DNA from: Myxococcota bacterium
GTDB taxonomy: Bacteria; Myxococcota_A; UBA796; CAJQPC01
Reading direction: 5' to 3'
NCBI GenBank assembly: GCA_036012755.1
Contig: DASCPX010000160.1
Location: forward strand, 1-64,000
DNA: 64,000 nucleotides
Each line of letters begins with the position of its first letter. Within the stretch, counting starts at the first letter, position 1. The position numbers and the translations under genes were made by a program. Shown here piece after piece: positions 10,250 to 20,506 of the stretch. The notes under the pieces were generated by a model that saw only the letters and a program-made list of their open reading frames with translations, had not been told where the DNA came from and made no database searches.

Positions 10250-12226
10250 TCAGCCGCTCGTCAACTGCGGACCCACACCTTCGACCTCGACCTGGCCGAC
10301 GACGAGGCGGGCCTCGACATCGTCGGGCTTGTGCCACACGACGCGCGGGCGGCGGCGCCATCGGCAGTCGAGCTTCAGGTGACCCCTTCGAGCGTGCAGG
10401 TCGATCGAGCCGAAACGCGTCGGAAGGCCCTCGCAGACCGTCTCACCGTCGAACCAGCGGCGGTCGGCTCCTCGAAAGAGGTGCAAGGTGTTTCCCTCCT
10501 CCTGCACCACGAGGTTGCGACACAACAGCGCCACCTCTGCGGCGGCGCCGAGGTCGTCTCCGGAGCCCGCCACGCCTCCACGATGCGGGTGAAAGGCCTC
10601 TGGCCAGGCGCCGGTGTCGAATGCATGCTCTGCGAGGTAGTCGAGCCGCCGGGGCGCGCCGGGCTCGCCAGCGAGGAGGGCGACCTGGCCGAGCCAGCAG
10701 GTGCGCGCGACGTGGATGCCCCCCAGGGCATCGTCGAACACGCCGGCCTGGAGGGTGCGCCGCTGTATCCGCTCCACCGCCGCGACGACGACCCCTTCGG
10801 TCGCAGAGATCAGGCCCGCAGGCCAGACCGCGCTGAGCACGTCAGCGTCGCCGTGGCTGCTCAGATCGCCTCGGAGCTCCTCGAGCAAGCGGCCCGTGAG
10901 GAGGGCGAGACGACGCTCCTCGTCCTGCTCGCCGAGCCAGCGGGCGGCGACCGCGGTCGCGCGGAGACCGGCGACCGAGGAGACCGTGGCCCCCTGCCTC
11001 TCGAGGGTGCGTGCAGCCCGCCGAAGCGCAGGCCAGAGCACGCGAAGGAGTGTGCGGTCACCGCTGAGTCCGACGTGGTCGACCGCAGCCAGGACCATCG
11101 GACCCTCGTCCATGGTCAGGCGTCGGATCATCCGGGCCGCCCTGCGGAGATGACCGAGCCGACCGAGGGCCGCGATGGCGACAGGCACGTCCTTCCCGAC
11201 GAGGCCGACGGACCCCACAGAGGCCAGCAAGGTCGACCGGGCCGCCTCGAGCAGACGGCCATGCGCCGCGGGTTCGAGCCGCGCTCCGCTCCGGAGCACG
11301 CCTTGCCAGTCCGCCCGGGCGCCAGTGAACAGCTGGGTCGCCGAGGCACGCCTGAGCACAGGAGAAGCCTCGGTCGTCGGCGCACACCAGACCGTGCGCT
11401 TGAAGCTCTCCGACGCGGCGAGGTTGACCCGGTAGATCTCGACTCCGGTGGCCTGCCCGCGCGCGCATGTCACCTTGGTTCGGGCGTCGGAAGCATGGCG
11501 GACGCCGCCCTCTCGGAGCCGACCGCCGACCATCGCGTAGACATCCCCAGCCTCCCAGGTGGCGAGTCGGACCTCGTGCCCCGGGCGCGGAACGAAGAGC
11601 ATGGGCCTGCCGTCGACCTTCCACCAACCGTCGCCCTCCCGCACCAGTTCGCATATCGGACTGGGTCCCTCCGGGTTTGCCGGCCGGATGGCGAACCCCA
11701 GCCGCACGGGACGCGCAGCGGGCGCCATGAGGCGAACGCGAGCCGTCACCCCGAAGACGACCTCGCCCTGCACGAGCGCCGGAAACACGTCGACCTGCAC
11801 GCGGATCTCGCGGCGCTCGGCGGTGGTACGGACGAAGGGGCCGCCGTCGAGTCGATGCTGCCGGATACGAAGGCCCGGGTCCTCGCCCCAGCCAGGCAGC
11901 GGTCCGAGCGTCCACATCTTCCGAGCGTCGCCGGCCCACACCGCGACCGAGGGCGCGGCTGGCCAGGGAGTCAGCCAGCCCCCGGGATCGACCACACCGA
12001 GGGCGTCGCGGTCGGGCAGTCCGATCTGCGTCCAGTTCCGGTAGCTCAGGTTCAGCGCTCCGGGCAGCATGGCCCTGGGGACGAAGCCGGGATCGGCCGG
12101 GTCACCCTGCCGCACGAAGGCCCAAGGCCAGGGTCGATCTCGCTCGAGCAGTGGGCTCGGGAGAGGACCCTCTTCGCGACGGAGCCGTCGAATCAGGCGA
12201 GAGAAGCCCGTCAGTCGGCGCGCCAC
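10250..12226 (-). CDS. Hypothetical protein with a six-hairpin glycosidase-like (alpha/alpha barrel) C-terminal half
   Basis: TGAWPEAFHP, LCRNLVVQEEG and GLPTRFG patterns typical of inverting GH-like proteins; coupled to glpD. Confidence 0.55.
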   Translation of the reverse strand: MARRLTGFSRLIRRLRREEGPLPSPLLERDRPWPWAFVRQGDPADPGFVPRAMLPGALNLSYRNWTQIGLPDRDALGVVDPGGWLTPWPAAPSVAVWAGDARKMWTLGPLPGWGEDPGLRIRQHRLDGGPFVRTTAERREIRVQVDVFPALVQGEVVFGVTARVRLMAPAARPVRLGFAIRPANPEGPSPICELVREGDGWWKVDGRPMLFVPRPGHEVRLATWEAGDVYAMVGGRLREGGVRHASDARTKVTCARGQATGVEIYRVNLAASESFKRTVWCAPTTEASPVLRRASATQLFTGARADWQGVLRSGARLEPAAHGRLLEAARSTLLASVGSVGLVGKDVPVAIAALGRLGHLRRAARMIRRLTMDEGPMVLAAVDHVGLSGDRTLLRVLWPALRRAARTLERQGATVSSVAGLRATAVAARWLGEQDEERRLALLTGRLLEELRGDLSSHGDADVLSAVWPAGLISATEGVVVAAVERIQRRTLQAGVFDDALGGIHVARTCWLGQVALLAGEPGAPRRLDYLAEHAFDTGAWPEAFHPHRGGVAGSGDDLGAAAEVALLCRNLVVQEEGNTLHLFRGADRRWFDGETVCEGLPTRFGSIDLHARRGHLKLDCRWRRRPRVVWHKPDDVEARLVVGQVEVEGVGPQLTSG

Positions 12227-13872
12227 CGGCGACTCCGGGCGACCTCGGCCTGGTAGGCGAGCACTTCCCTCGTGCGGCGGGCGTCATCCCAGCCGAGGAG
12301 CTCCGCCATGCGCTCGGCGACCACATCAGCCGCGCTGAGCCCCTGGTCCAGGTCGCGGAAGAAGAGCTGCGTCCGCCGGATCATCACGTCGTTCACGGTC
12401 TGAGCGAGCTCGCGCGTGACGGCCCAGTCGACCAGCGCCAGGATCTCCGGACGTCCGGGCACCAGGCGCTCCGCCAGCCGCTGGTCGTTGGCGACCAGGG
12501 CCGCGATGTCGAGCCCGCGCATGCCGTAGCGGTCTCCGAGGTGCCGGCACACGTCATGGGCGAGTCCCCCCGGGAAGACAGCCTCGATCTGCTCGGCGAC
12601 TGCCTCGTGATCGTCGTCCTCTGGCCACCCCACGGCACCCGGGAGCGGCTCCCGTCCGGTCTTGGGATCGCGCACGTGCTCGGGCACCACGCCCGTCAGC
12701 GACAGCAGCTGCAGTGCCTTGGTGACGACCTCCCCACCCATCCGCCGAAAGGTCGTCAGCTTGCCGCCGGCGACGGTGATGAGCCCGTCCGCGCCGATGT
12801 GGATCTCGTGCTCCCTCGACACCGAGGACTCCGACGAGCCGTCCTCTCGAATGAGCGGTCGGAGGCCAGCCCAGGTGCAGATCACGTCGTCCGGGACGAG
12901 TGCGGCCTTGGGGAAGTAGGCGTTGGCTGCCTCGATGAGGTACCTGACGTCCTCGCCGTCCGCAGCGACGTCGGCCGGATCCCCCTCGAAGTAAGTGTCC
13001 GTCGTACCGATGTAGGTCTCGGTTCCCCACGGGATCGCGAACAGCACCCGCTGGTCGACCGGGTGGTTGCAGACGACGGCATACCGCAGCGCCAGCCGGT
13101 CCCCGGGAACGACGATGTGGACGCCCTTGGTCGGCGCCAGGAGCTGGGGTCCACCGGCACCGAGCGCTCGCGTCCGGTCGGTCCACGGGCCCGTCGCATT
13201 CACCACGCTGTTCGCGGAGACGGCGATCTGACGGCTCTGGAGCTGGTCCTGGACCCGGGCTCCGATGATCCGTCCGCTGTCGTCGCGCTCGAAGCCGACG
13301 ACCCGAGCGTGGGTGAGCACCACCGCGCCGTGTTCACAGGCGTCGATGAGCGTCTCGAGGGTCAGGCGCGCGTCGTCCGTGGCGCAGTCGAAGTACAGGG
13401 GCGCGCCCTTCAGCTTCCGTGGCTCCAGGAGCGGCTCCGTGGCCGTCGCTTCCTTCGCCGTCAGCGTCTGGTGGAGCCTCGTGCTGCGGAACAGCGACAG
13501 GCCGTCGTAGAGCCAGAGTCCCGCGCGGAGCGTGTTCACGCCCACCCGAGAGGTCTCGTAGATGGGGAACAGGAATCCGAGGGGGTTCACGAGGTGCGGG
13601 GCGATGTTCTGGAGGGTCTTCCGCTCGCTCACCGCCTCGAAGACCAAGGAGAACTCGAGCTGCTCGAGGTAGCGGAGACCGCCATGGATGAGCTTGCTGG
13701 ACCGGCTGCTGGTCCCGAAGGCGACGTCGTTCGCGTCGACCACCGCGACACTCAGCCCGCGTCGCGCGGCGTCGCGCGCGGCCCCCGCCCCCGTGATCCC
13801 AGCCCCGACGATGAGGACGTCGTAGGTCTCCGTCCCGAGCCGTTCCCAGTCCTGCTCACGCATGGGCCCCAC
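12211..13872 (-). CDS. glpD: FAD-dependent glycerol-3-phosphate dehydrogenase
   Basis: GAGITGAG, GTSSRSSKLIHGGLRYLE, NATGPW, GGKLTTFR. Confidence 0.95.
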   Translation of the reverse strand: MGPMREQDWERLGTETYDVLIVGAGITGAGAARDAARRGLSVAVVDANDVAFGTSSRSSKLIHGGLRYLEQLEFSLVFEAVSERKTLQNIAPHLVNPLGFLFPIYETSRVGVNTLRAGLWLYDGLSLFRSTRLHQTLTAKEATATEPLLEPRKLKGAPLYFDCATDDARLTLETLIDACEHGAVVLTHARVVGFERDDSGRIIGARVQDQLQSRQIAVSANSVVNATGPWTDRTRALGAGGPQLLAPTKGVHIVVPGDRLALRYAVVCNHPVDQRVLFAIPWGTETYIGTTDTYFEGDPADVAADGEDVRYLIEAANAYFPKAALVPDDVICTWAGLRPLIREDGSSESSVSREHEIHIGADGLITVAGGKLTTFRRMGGEVVTKALQLLSLTGVVPEHVRDPKTGREPLPGAVGWPEDDDHEAVAEQIEAVFPGGLAHDVCRHLGDRYGMRGLDIAALVANDQRLAERLVPGRPEILALVDWAVTRELAQTVNDVMIRRTQLFFRDLDQGLSAADVVAERMAELLGWDDARRTREVLAYQAEVARSRRWRAD

Positions 13873-13908
13873 CTATCGCGCCGCAGCGACCATGCTACGA
13901 CTACCGGA

Positions 13909-14715
13909 ATGCTCTGGCTCGTGTCGATCGCATGCTTCGGGGACTCTGGCGAAGAGACTGATCCATGGGCTCCTCCCCCCCTGCCCGAAGACCTCGAGGC
14001 ACCCGGCGCAGATATCCTGGGCATCGAGGAGCTCGTGGGCGCCACCATCGAACCGGCACAGGTCGGGGACTGGATCGGCCAGGCGAACGACGACGAGGAG
14101 CTGCGGCGCCGGCTAGCGGCGGCGGACCTGGTCGTCGTGCGCTCCATGACGCTGCGCTCGGGGGTCTGGACGCCGGAAGCGGTGGGCATCCTGGCCGAAG
14201 CTGCTTCCCTGGGCCAGTTGGAGAACTTCGACGCCGGCGGCGCCCTGCTCGGCGTGGAGGGCGGGGTCGCGCTCGCCAAGGCGCCTTGGCTGGCCAACCT
14301 CGAGCGGCTCGTGCTCGCCGGGGCGGACCTGGGAGACCGAGGCTTCTCAGCCATCTGCGACGAGGCGGACCTTCGGCGAGTGAAGGACCTGGATCTGCGA
14401 GGAAACTCCTTGACGGCGGCAGGCGTGACCATCCTCGGCGATGGACCCTTCGGCAAGCTGGAGCGACTCGACCTCTCGGACAACCCCCTGGGTGACGAGG
14501 GTCTGGAGGCGCTCGCGGCGACCGCCCGGGTCGACACGCTGAGGTCGCTCGGCATCGCCCGGGTGGGCTTCGGCGAGCGCGGTGTCTTCCTCATCGCCTC
14601 GAGCCCCTACCTCGCCGGGCTGGACCGGCTCGACGTCCGCGGAAACCAGATCGACCCAGAGCAGATCAGCGGCCTCGGCGGCACCTTCGGAGACGACGCC
14701 ATACTCTCGGATTAG
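13909..14715 (+). CDS. Leucine-rich-repeat lipoprotein
   Basis: MLWLVSIAC start; LxxLDLxxNxLGDxG repeats (C-terminal part of ORF 12151..14715). Confidence 0.8.
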   Translation: MLWLVSIACFGDSGEETDPWAPPPLPEDLEAPGADILGIEELVGATIEPAQVGDWIGQANDDEELRRRLAAADLVVVRSMTLRSGVWTPEAVGILAEAASLGQLENFDAGGALLGVEGGVALAKAPWLANLERLVLAGADLGDRGFSAICDEADLRRVKDLDLRGNSLTAAGVTILGDGPFGKLERLDLSDNPLGDEGLEALAATARVDTLRSLGIARVGFGERGVFLIASSPYLAGLDRLDVRGNQIDPEQISGLGGTFGDDAILSD

Positions 14716-14734
14716 CAGACAGCCGGAGGCGCCG

Positions 14735-15547
14735 ATGTTCCGCTTCGAACTCGAGACCCAGGGTCACACCTCGCTGTTGACCCTCGATCACGGCAAGGTC
14801 AACGAGATGGGCCGAGACCAGCTGCGCGCGTTCGAGGGGCTCATCGAGGTCCTCGAGAGCAGCGACGTCCGCACCCTCGTCACGACCTCTCGGCGCCGAA
14901 CGAAGAAGGGCACGCCGATCTTCGTCGGTGGCGCGAACGTCAAGGAGCGCGTCGGGTGGACCCGAGACGAGATCGCGGGACACGTCCGGTGGCAACGCCG
15001 AACCCTGGCGGCACTGCGTCGGCTTCCACTGTTCCACGTCGCGGTCGTCAACGGCCTCGCCCTGGGCTGGGGCACCGAGTACCTGATCGCTTGCGACTAC
15101 CGGATCGCGACACCGGAGGCGGTCTTCGGCCTGCCGGAGACGGGGCTCGGCATCCTCCCCGGGGCAGGCGGCACCTCTGAGCTCAGCGCCCTCGTCGGGG
15201 CCTCCAACGCCCTGCGACTCGGAATGACCGGCGAGCGCATCCCAGCGAGCGAGGCCGAGCGCATCGGCCTCGTCCAGGAGGTCGTCGAGGACGTCGATGC
15301 TGGCATCGCCCGAGCACGCGCCATGGGTGAGATGGTCTCGACGAAGAGCCCGACGGCCATCGCTGCCTTCAAGACCGCGACGCTGACCTGCCTGGGCCTA
15401 CCGGCCGGCGAGCGCGGGCACATCGAAGGCAAGGCCTACGAGCACTGCCTCGACACCGGGCAGGCCAAAATCGGCCGGGACCACTTCGACGCCATCCGCG
15501 CCGGTGAAGACGTCGACTGGGGTCCCCGGAAGCCCTTCGTCCTTTGA
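14735..15547 (+). CDS. Enoyl-CoA hydratase/isomerase family protein
   Basis: GGAGG RBS then ATG; VNGLALGWGTE and FGLPETGLGILPGAGGT. Confidence 0.9.
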   Translation: MFRFELETQGHTSLLTLDHGKVNEMGRDQLRAFEGLIEVLESSDVRTLVTTSRRRTKKGTPIFVGGANVKERVGWTRDEIAGHVRWQRRTLAALRRLPLFHVAVVNGLALGWGTEYLIACDYRIATPEAVFGLPETGLGILPGAGGTSELSALVGASNALRLGMTGERIPASEAERIGLVQEVVEDVDAGIARARAMGEMVSTKSPTAIAAFKTATLTCLGLPAGERGHIEGKAYEHCLDTGQAKIGRDHFDAIRAGEDVDWGPRKPFVL

Positions 15548-15846
15548 TCCTCCTCCTCCTGGCGTGTGAGCCCCAGTCCTTCGCTGAGTGTCGGGGCGAC
15601 CTCGCAGAGAAGACCGCCTGCCGCGCCAGCTTCGCGACCCCGCTGCCGAGCTCAGAGGCGGAGCTCGAAGCCCTCGCCGACTCGATCGACGACCCCGACG
15701 AGCGAGACGCCCTGCTCGTCGAGCTCGCGGTGGAGAACCCGGAGGCCGGAGCTCGCCTCTGCGCCCTGACCAGGACCGCACTCGGGGAGCGGCAGTGCAC
15801 CCAGGTCGTCGGGCGACCCCACCTCGGGCATCACAGGCGCGAGTGA
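15544..15846 (+). CDS. Small Cys-containing lipoprotein
   Basis: TTGA overlap; MILLLLAC; four further Cys. Confidence 0.65.
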   Translation: MILLLLACEPQSFAECRGDLAEKTACRASFATPLPSSEAELEALADSIDDPDERDALLVELAVENPEAGARLCALTRTALGERQCTQVVGRPHLGHHRRE

Positions 15847-16817
15847 GGTTCCTCTGGCTCGCCTGCACCGCCACGGAGCCCTCGCTGCAAGGGGACGGTT
15901 CGCTGGAGAGCTGCGCCGCGATCCCGCTCGAAGGCCACGCCATCACCTGCCGCGTACAGGTCGCCGCGGACGCCGGCGCCAGGGGAGACGACGAGCTCGC
16001 CCGGGCCGCGTGTGGGGAGATCGCGGAGGGGACCTGGCGCGACGAGTGCCACTTCCGCGCCGGCGAGGAGCTGGGTCGGGCGGGCCACACCGATCGCTCC
16101 CTGCGTCACTGCGCGGAGGCCGGGCGCTTCTCCCGCAACTGCGTGACCCACGCGGCCTGGGGCCTGCCCCCCGACACCGCGCTGCGCTCCGATGGCCACG
16201 CCGAGGTCGCGGCGGCCCTCTCGGAGTTCGCCCAGGTCGCCGAGACCGCGCTCGAGGGAGCCCCGGAGGGTGTTGGTCCCGAAGCGATGGACCAGCTCAT
16301 GGCTCGGGTCTGGTTCAACCTCTACGTGGGCTCGGGGGTAGCGGATCCTGCACCGACGAAAGGCCTGGAGCCCTGGCAGGCGGCTCAAGCGAGGACCGCC
16401 TGGGCGATCGAGGCGGCGCGGCTGCGACAGGGAGAGGACCTCGCCATCGCCTGGGCGGAGGGCACCGTGCTACGCGGTGAGCCCCTTGCCGACCGACGCA
16501 ACGTCACGGGTCGCTACGCGAGCCCGGTCCTGCCAGAAGAGGTCCAGTCACACCCTCACGTGGCGACCTACGGTGGTGGCGCGCGCCTGAAGGTGGAGGA
16601 TCCGGAGACCGATCTGCGCATCGCGGTGCTGGAGGGCCTCTACTTCGTCGAAGACACCCCGCCCGAGCGCTTCGGGGCCCATGAAGATGACGACATACCG
16701 GAGATCCGGTGGACCGCCACGAAGCTCTCGACCCTGGCCGATCCCGAGCGACAGCGGAGCTACGAGGACCCCATCCAGCAGGAGTACGCGAGGCTGGCCG
16801 GCCAGCACCGCCGCTGA
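15843..16817 (+). CDS. Hypothetical lipoprotein with N-terminal paired-Cys helical repeats
   Basis: GTGA overlap; MRFLWLAC; three C-x(7-10)-C pairs. Confidence 0.65.
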   Translation: MRFLWLACTATEPSLQGDGSLESCAAIPLEGHAITCRVQVAADAGARGDDELARAACGEIAEGTWRDECHFRAGEELGRAGHTDRSLRHCAEAGRFSRNCVTHAAWGLPPDTALRSDGHAEVAAALSEFAQVAETALEGAPEGVGPEAMDQLMARVWFNLYVGSGVADPAPTKGLEPWQAAQARTAWAIEAARLRQGEDLAIAWAEGTVLRGEPLADRRNVTGRYASPVLPEEVQSHPHVATYGGGARLKVEDPETDLRIAVLEGLYFVEDTPPERFGAHEDDDIPEIRWTATKLSTLADPERQRSYEDPIQQEYARLAGQHRR

Positions 16818-16820
16818 GAC

Positions 16821-18560
16821 TCACCGCGCCCGCAGGTATGCCAGCGCCGAGTCCGCCAGGATCCCCGCGACGCGGAGAAGATGAACCCGCTCGGGGGGAT
16901 GGAGCTCACCCGCTCGCCAGAGCCGCAGCGCCTCCCCACGACGGATCTTGCCGCTGGAGGTCCGCGGCAGCGTGCCCGGCTCCAGCACGACGACCAGATC
17001 GGGCACCAGCGCCGTGGCGGCCACCACCGCGTCGACACAGGCCCGTCCCATCACCTCGAGCTGCTCGGGTGTGGCTCGGGCGGAGTGCTCGACGAAGAGC
17101 ACGAGTCGCTCGCCGTCGCAGCCCTCGGGCCGGTAGGAGCACGCCGCAGCGCACCCGGTCCGCACCCCGCCGACCGCATCGAGGGCCTGCTCCAGCGGGT
17201 GCGGGGCGTGGTTGCGACCTCGCAGGATCAGGACGTCCTTGTCCCGTCCGGTCAGGTACAGCTCACCGTCGAGCAGGAAGCCGAGGTCACCCGTGTCCAG
17301 CCAGCCATCGACGAGAGCACCAGCCGTGAGCTCTGGCCTGCCCAGATACCCGCTCATCAGCGACGGCCCGCGAGCGAAGACGGAGCCGACGACGCCGTCT
17401 GCGACGCCCTCGCGCTCGCGAACGATGCGGACCTCGAAGCCCTCCAGCGGCCTGCCGAGGTTGACCATCTCGACCCCCTCATCGTCGAGGACGGCCCGGC
17501 CCTCGGCCAGAGCCTCCCGCTGCAGGCGCCGGGTCGAGAAGGGCTCGTCGATCCGGCTGAAGGTCACGGCGAGGCTCGCCTCCGAGAGGCCGTAGACCGG
17601 CGTCAGGGCCGTCTCGCGGAGCCCCCAGCGGGAGAAGCGCCGGGTGAAGGCCCGGAGCACCTCGGGAGCTACCGGCTCGGCGCCGTTGAGGGCGACTCGC
17701 CACTTCGAGAGATCAACGCCCTCCATCTCCTCGTCCTCGATGCGCGAGACGCAGAGGGCGAAGGCGAAGTTGGGGGCCGGCGAGATGGTCCCGCCGTAGG
17801 TGGAGAGCGCCTGCAGCCACGAGGCTGGTCGAGTGACGAAGACCTCTGGACCGATCAGGGTGATGTCGCCCGGGTGACGCAGCGCCGGGAAGACACAGCC
17901 GATGAGTCCCATGTCGTGGTACAGCGGCAGCCAGCTGACGCCCACCTGGCTGCGAGCCTCCTCATCTTCGAGGTCCCGACAGAGCTCCCTCACCAGGGCG
18001 TCGGTCTGGGCGAGGACCGCGCGATGGGAGAGCGCGACGGGCTTGGGGTCGACAGTGGTCCCAGAGCTGAACTGCACCATGGCGAGGTCCTCCGGTCCGA
18101 CGCTGCGGGTTGCCGGCGGCGCATCGGAGAGGTCGTCCAGGCACCGGACCCCGAGCGCTGGTCGAGCCAGCTCGTTGCAGCGCCCCAGCACCCGACGGAC
18201 CCGGCGGTCGGCCAGAACGAGCCGCGCGTCGACGGCCTCGATCATACGGGCCGTGCGCCCGTGGTACTCGTCCATCCGTCCGAGCCGGACGGGGGGGTAG
18301 ACCGGTGTCGGCACTGCCCCAGCGAGCATGCAGCCGAAGAAGGCGTCGAAGAAATCGAAGCCCGTTGGGAAGACCAGCACGACGCGCTCGCCCCGCTGCA
18401 CCCCCAGGGCAATCAGCCTCCCCGCCGTCCGAGATGCCCCCTCGGCGACGGTGGCCCAGGTCCTCTCCTCGGGCCGACCCTTGCGGTCAAGGATGCGGAG
18501 GAGGCGCTGATCCGTCGAGGAGAGCAGCACGCTGGCCAGGGTCTCCCGATGGGCGCTCAA
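16821..18560 (-). CDS. Fatty acyl-AMP ligase (FAAL)
   Basis: QFSSGTT, SWLPLYHDMGLIG, NGAEPV, YGLSEA, LDTGDLG, PRTSSGK. Confidence 0.92.
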   Translation of the reverse strand: MSAHRETLASVLLSSTDQRLLRILDRKGRPEERTWATVAEGASRTAGRLIALGVQRGERVVLVFPTGFDFFDAFFGCMLAGAVPTPVYPPVRLGRMDEYHGRTARMIEAVDARLVLADRRVRRVLGRCNELARPALGVRCLDDLSDAPPATRSVGPEDLAMVQFSSGTTVDPKPVALSHRAVLAQTDALVRELCRDLEDEEARSQVGVSWLPLYHDMGLIGCVFPALRHPGDITLIGPEVFVTRPASWLQALSTYGGTISPAPNFAFALCVSRIEDEEMEGVDLSKWRVALNGAEPVAPEVLRAFTRRFSRWGLRETALTPVYGLSEASLAVTFSRIDEPFSTRRLQREALAEGRAVLDDEGVEMVNLGRPLEGFEVRIVREREGVADGVVGSVFARGPSLMSGYLGRPELTAGALVDGWLDTGDLGFLLDGELYLTGRDKDVLILRGRNHAPHPLEQALDAVGGVRTGCAAACSYRPEGCDGERLVLFVEHSARATPEQLEVMGRACVDAVVAATALVPDLVVVLEPGTLPRTSSGKIRRGEALRLWRAGELHPPERVHLLRVAGILADSALAYLRAR

Positions 18561-18796
18561 GCGAGCCTCAGCAGCAGCACAGCGACCAGGTCGCCGACAG
18601 TCTCGACGCCCTCTTCGTCACCCTCCTCGAGGCAGATGTCGAAGTGGTTCTCGAGCTCCACGACCAGGGTGAGCATCCGGATCGAGTCCAGCTCCAGCGC
18701 TTCCGCGAGGCGCGTGGAGAGGACGAGCTCGCCCTCGTGATCGAGGTGTTCCCTGGCGACGGACCGGACACCCTCGAGGACGTCATCTTCGCTCAC
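18557..18796 (-). CDS. Acyl carrier protein
   Basis: 79-aa acidic protein with LDSIR phosphopantetheine site and TVGDL; GTGA overlap. Confidence 0.9.
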   Translation of the reverse strand: MSEDDVLEGVRSVAREHLDHEGELVLSTRLAEALELDSIRMLTLVVELENHFDICLEEGDEEGVETVGDLVAVLLLRLA

Positions 18797-19347
18797 GGCA
18801 GCCCCCGGGGTCGTTCCTCGAGGGCGTCGTAGCCGCAGACCTCGCGCAGCGCACGCTCTTCGCAGTCGATGCGGACCTTGAGCAAGGCCAGGTTGCAGAG
18901 GCCGAAGACCACCGCCGTGAGCCAGGCGTTGTGCATCAGCGGGATCGCCAGCAGCTCGAGCACGACCGCGACGTAGTTCGGATGTCGCAGGAAGCGGTAC
19001 GGTCCTTCGCTGACAGCGCTGAGGCCCGGCACGACGATCACCCGTGTGTTCCAGCGCTGGCCCAGCGTCCCGATGGCCCAGTACCGCAGGGTCATCGTGC
19101 CGCACAGCAGCAGGACCATGGCACCGAAGAGCCAGGGAATCACGGGCCGATCGAGCAGGAGCACCTCTGCCGGGGCGGCGAAGAGGAACAGAGTGTGCAG
19201 GGCCACCATCACTCCGAGGTGGCCCCGCCCGAACTCCTTGCCTCCGCGGGCGAAGGCGACCGCGGAGTTCCGCTTGCTGATGACGAGCTCGACGAGGCGC
19301 TCGCACGCCACGACCCCCACGATGGCGAGGTAGACCCAGGTCACCAT
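18793..19347 (-). CDS. ICMT-family membrane methyltransferase (SrsB/BpsB-like)
   Basis: LRYWAIGTLGQRWNTRVI, GPYRFLRHPNY, RIDCEERAL. Confidence 0.9.
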   Translation of the reverse strand: MVTWVYLAIVGVVACERLVELVISKRNSAVAFARGGKEFGRGHLGVMVALHTLFLFAAPAEVLLLDRPVIPWLFGAMVLLLCGTMTLRYWAIGTLGQRWNTRVIVVPGLSAVSEGPYRFLRHPNYVAVVLELLAIPLMHNAWLTAVVFGLCNLALLKVRIDCEERALREVCGYDALEERPRGLP

Positions 19348-20405
19348 CGCAGCAGCACCATCTCCGAGCAGAACGCCGGGCCCATCGCCAGCATCAGCCC
19401 CAGCGAGCCCGGCTCCGGGCGATGGTCGGCCATGGTCTCCCGAAGGACCATCAGGACCGATGAGGAGGACAGGTTTCCGACCCGCATCAGGCTGTCCCAG
19501 GTCACCTGGAGCGCCGAACGGTCGACGCCGAGGGCCTCCTCGAAGGCCATGAGCACCTTCGGGCCGCCCGGATGGCAGACATAGGACCCTATGTCGGCGA
19601 GGGCGACCCCCTGCTCGGCGAGGAAGGCGTCGAGGTCCGCCCGCAAGTGCTGCTCGACGACCCTGGGCACGTCGGCTGAGAGCACGATCGAGAAGCCCTT
19701 CTCGGAGATGTCCCACCCCATGACGCGCTCCGTGTCCGGGTAGAACACGCTGCGGGTAGCTTCGACTCGGGGTCCGACGAGGTCGAACTCCTCGGCGAGC
19801 CGCTCGCCGACGACGATGGCGCAAGCGCCGCCGTCTCCAAACAGCCCGGAGCTGATGAGGTTCGGGATGGAGAGGTCGTCACGCTGCAGCGTCAGGCTGC
19901 ACAACTCCACGCTCAACAAGAGCGCCGCCTGGTCCGGAAAGGCCCGCACGTAGTCCGCGGCGCGCGAGACCCCGGCGGCCCCCGCGACGCAGCCCAGTCC
20001 GAAGATCGGGATGCGCTTGATGGATCGGGCGAGCTCTGGGATGCGGTTGAGCAGGCGCGCCTCCAGCGAGGGCGTGGCGACCCCTGTGACGGTCACGCTG
20101 AAGAAGGCGCCGATGCGCTCCCAGGGCACTGTCGACAGAGCGACGGCGTCACGAACGGCGTCCTCGCCGACCTGCTGTGCGACTCGGATCCAAGCGTCGT
20201 TGGCCTGTCCCCACGTCTCGAGGCGTGGATACTCCTCCATCGGCAACGCGAGGTGACGGCCGCCCACGAGCACCCTGTCGTGGAGCCGCGCGAGACGGTC
20301 GAGGTTCTTGTGCCGTCTCCCCCAGTGCTGGCGAAAGGCCGCGACGAGCTGGTGCTGGTCATAGTAGTGGGGCGGAAACGCTGCGCCGACGGCGGCTACT
20401 CTCAA
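19341..20405 (-). CDS. Type III polyketide synthase (SrsA/BpsA/FtpA-like)
   Basis: Catalytic triad FGLGC, CHPGG, GNLSS; VELCS and LFGDG motifs. Confidence 0.95.
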   Translation of the reverse strand: MRVAAVGAAFPPHYYDQHQLVAAFRQHWGRRHKNLDRLARLHDRVLVGGRHLALPMEEYPRLETWGQANDAWIRVAQQVGEDAVRDAVALSTVPWERIGAFFSVTVTGVATPSLEARLLNRIPELARSIKRIPIFGLGCVAGAAGVSRAADYVRAFPDQAALLLSVELCSLTLQRDDLSIPNLISSGLFGDGGACAIVVGERLAEEFDLVGPRVEATRSVFYPDTERVMGWDISEKGFSIVLSADVPRVVEQHLRADLDAFLAEQGVALADIGSYVCHPGGPKVLMAFEEALGVDRSALQVTWDSLMRVGNLSSSSVLMVLRETMADHRPEPGSLGLMLAMGPAFCSEMVLLRW

Positions 20406-20452
20406 GGGGCGGGCTCCTGCAAGAAGTGGTTGGGGCGGTGCCAGAGACCGTC

Positions 20453-20467
20453 TGGCACGCTAGTAGC
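20453..20467 (+). promoter_or_regulatory. Candidate sigma-54 (-24/-12) promoter for the desaturase
   Basis: TGGCACGCTAGTAGC: GG-N10-GC, one mismatch to TGGCACG-N4-TTGC; about 40 bp upstream of the ATG. Confidence 0.55.
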
Positions 20468-20506
20468 GTGTGATCCGAAGATCACAGCAGAGGAACGAAG
20501 ATCACG

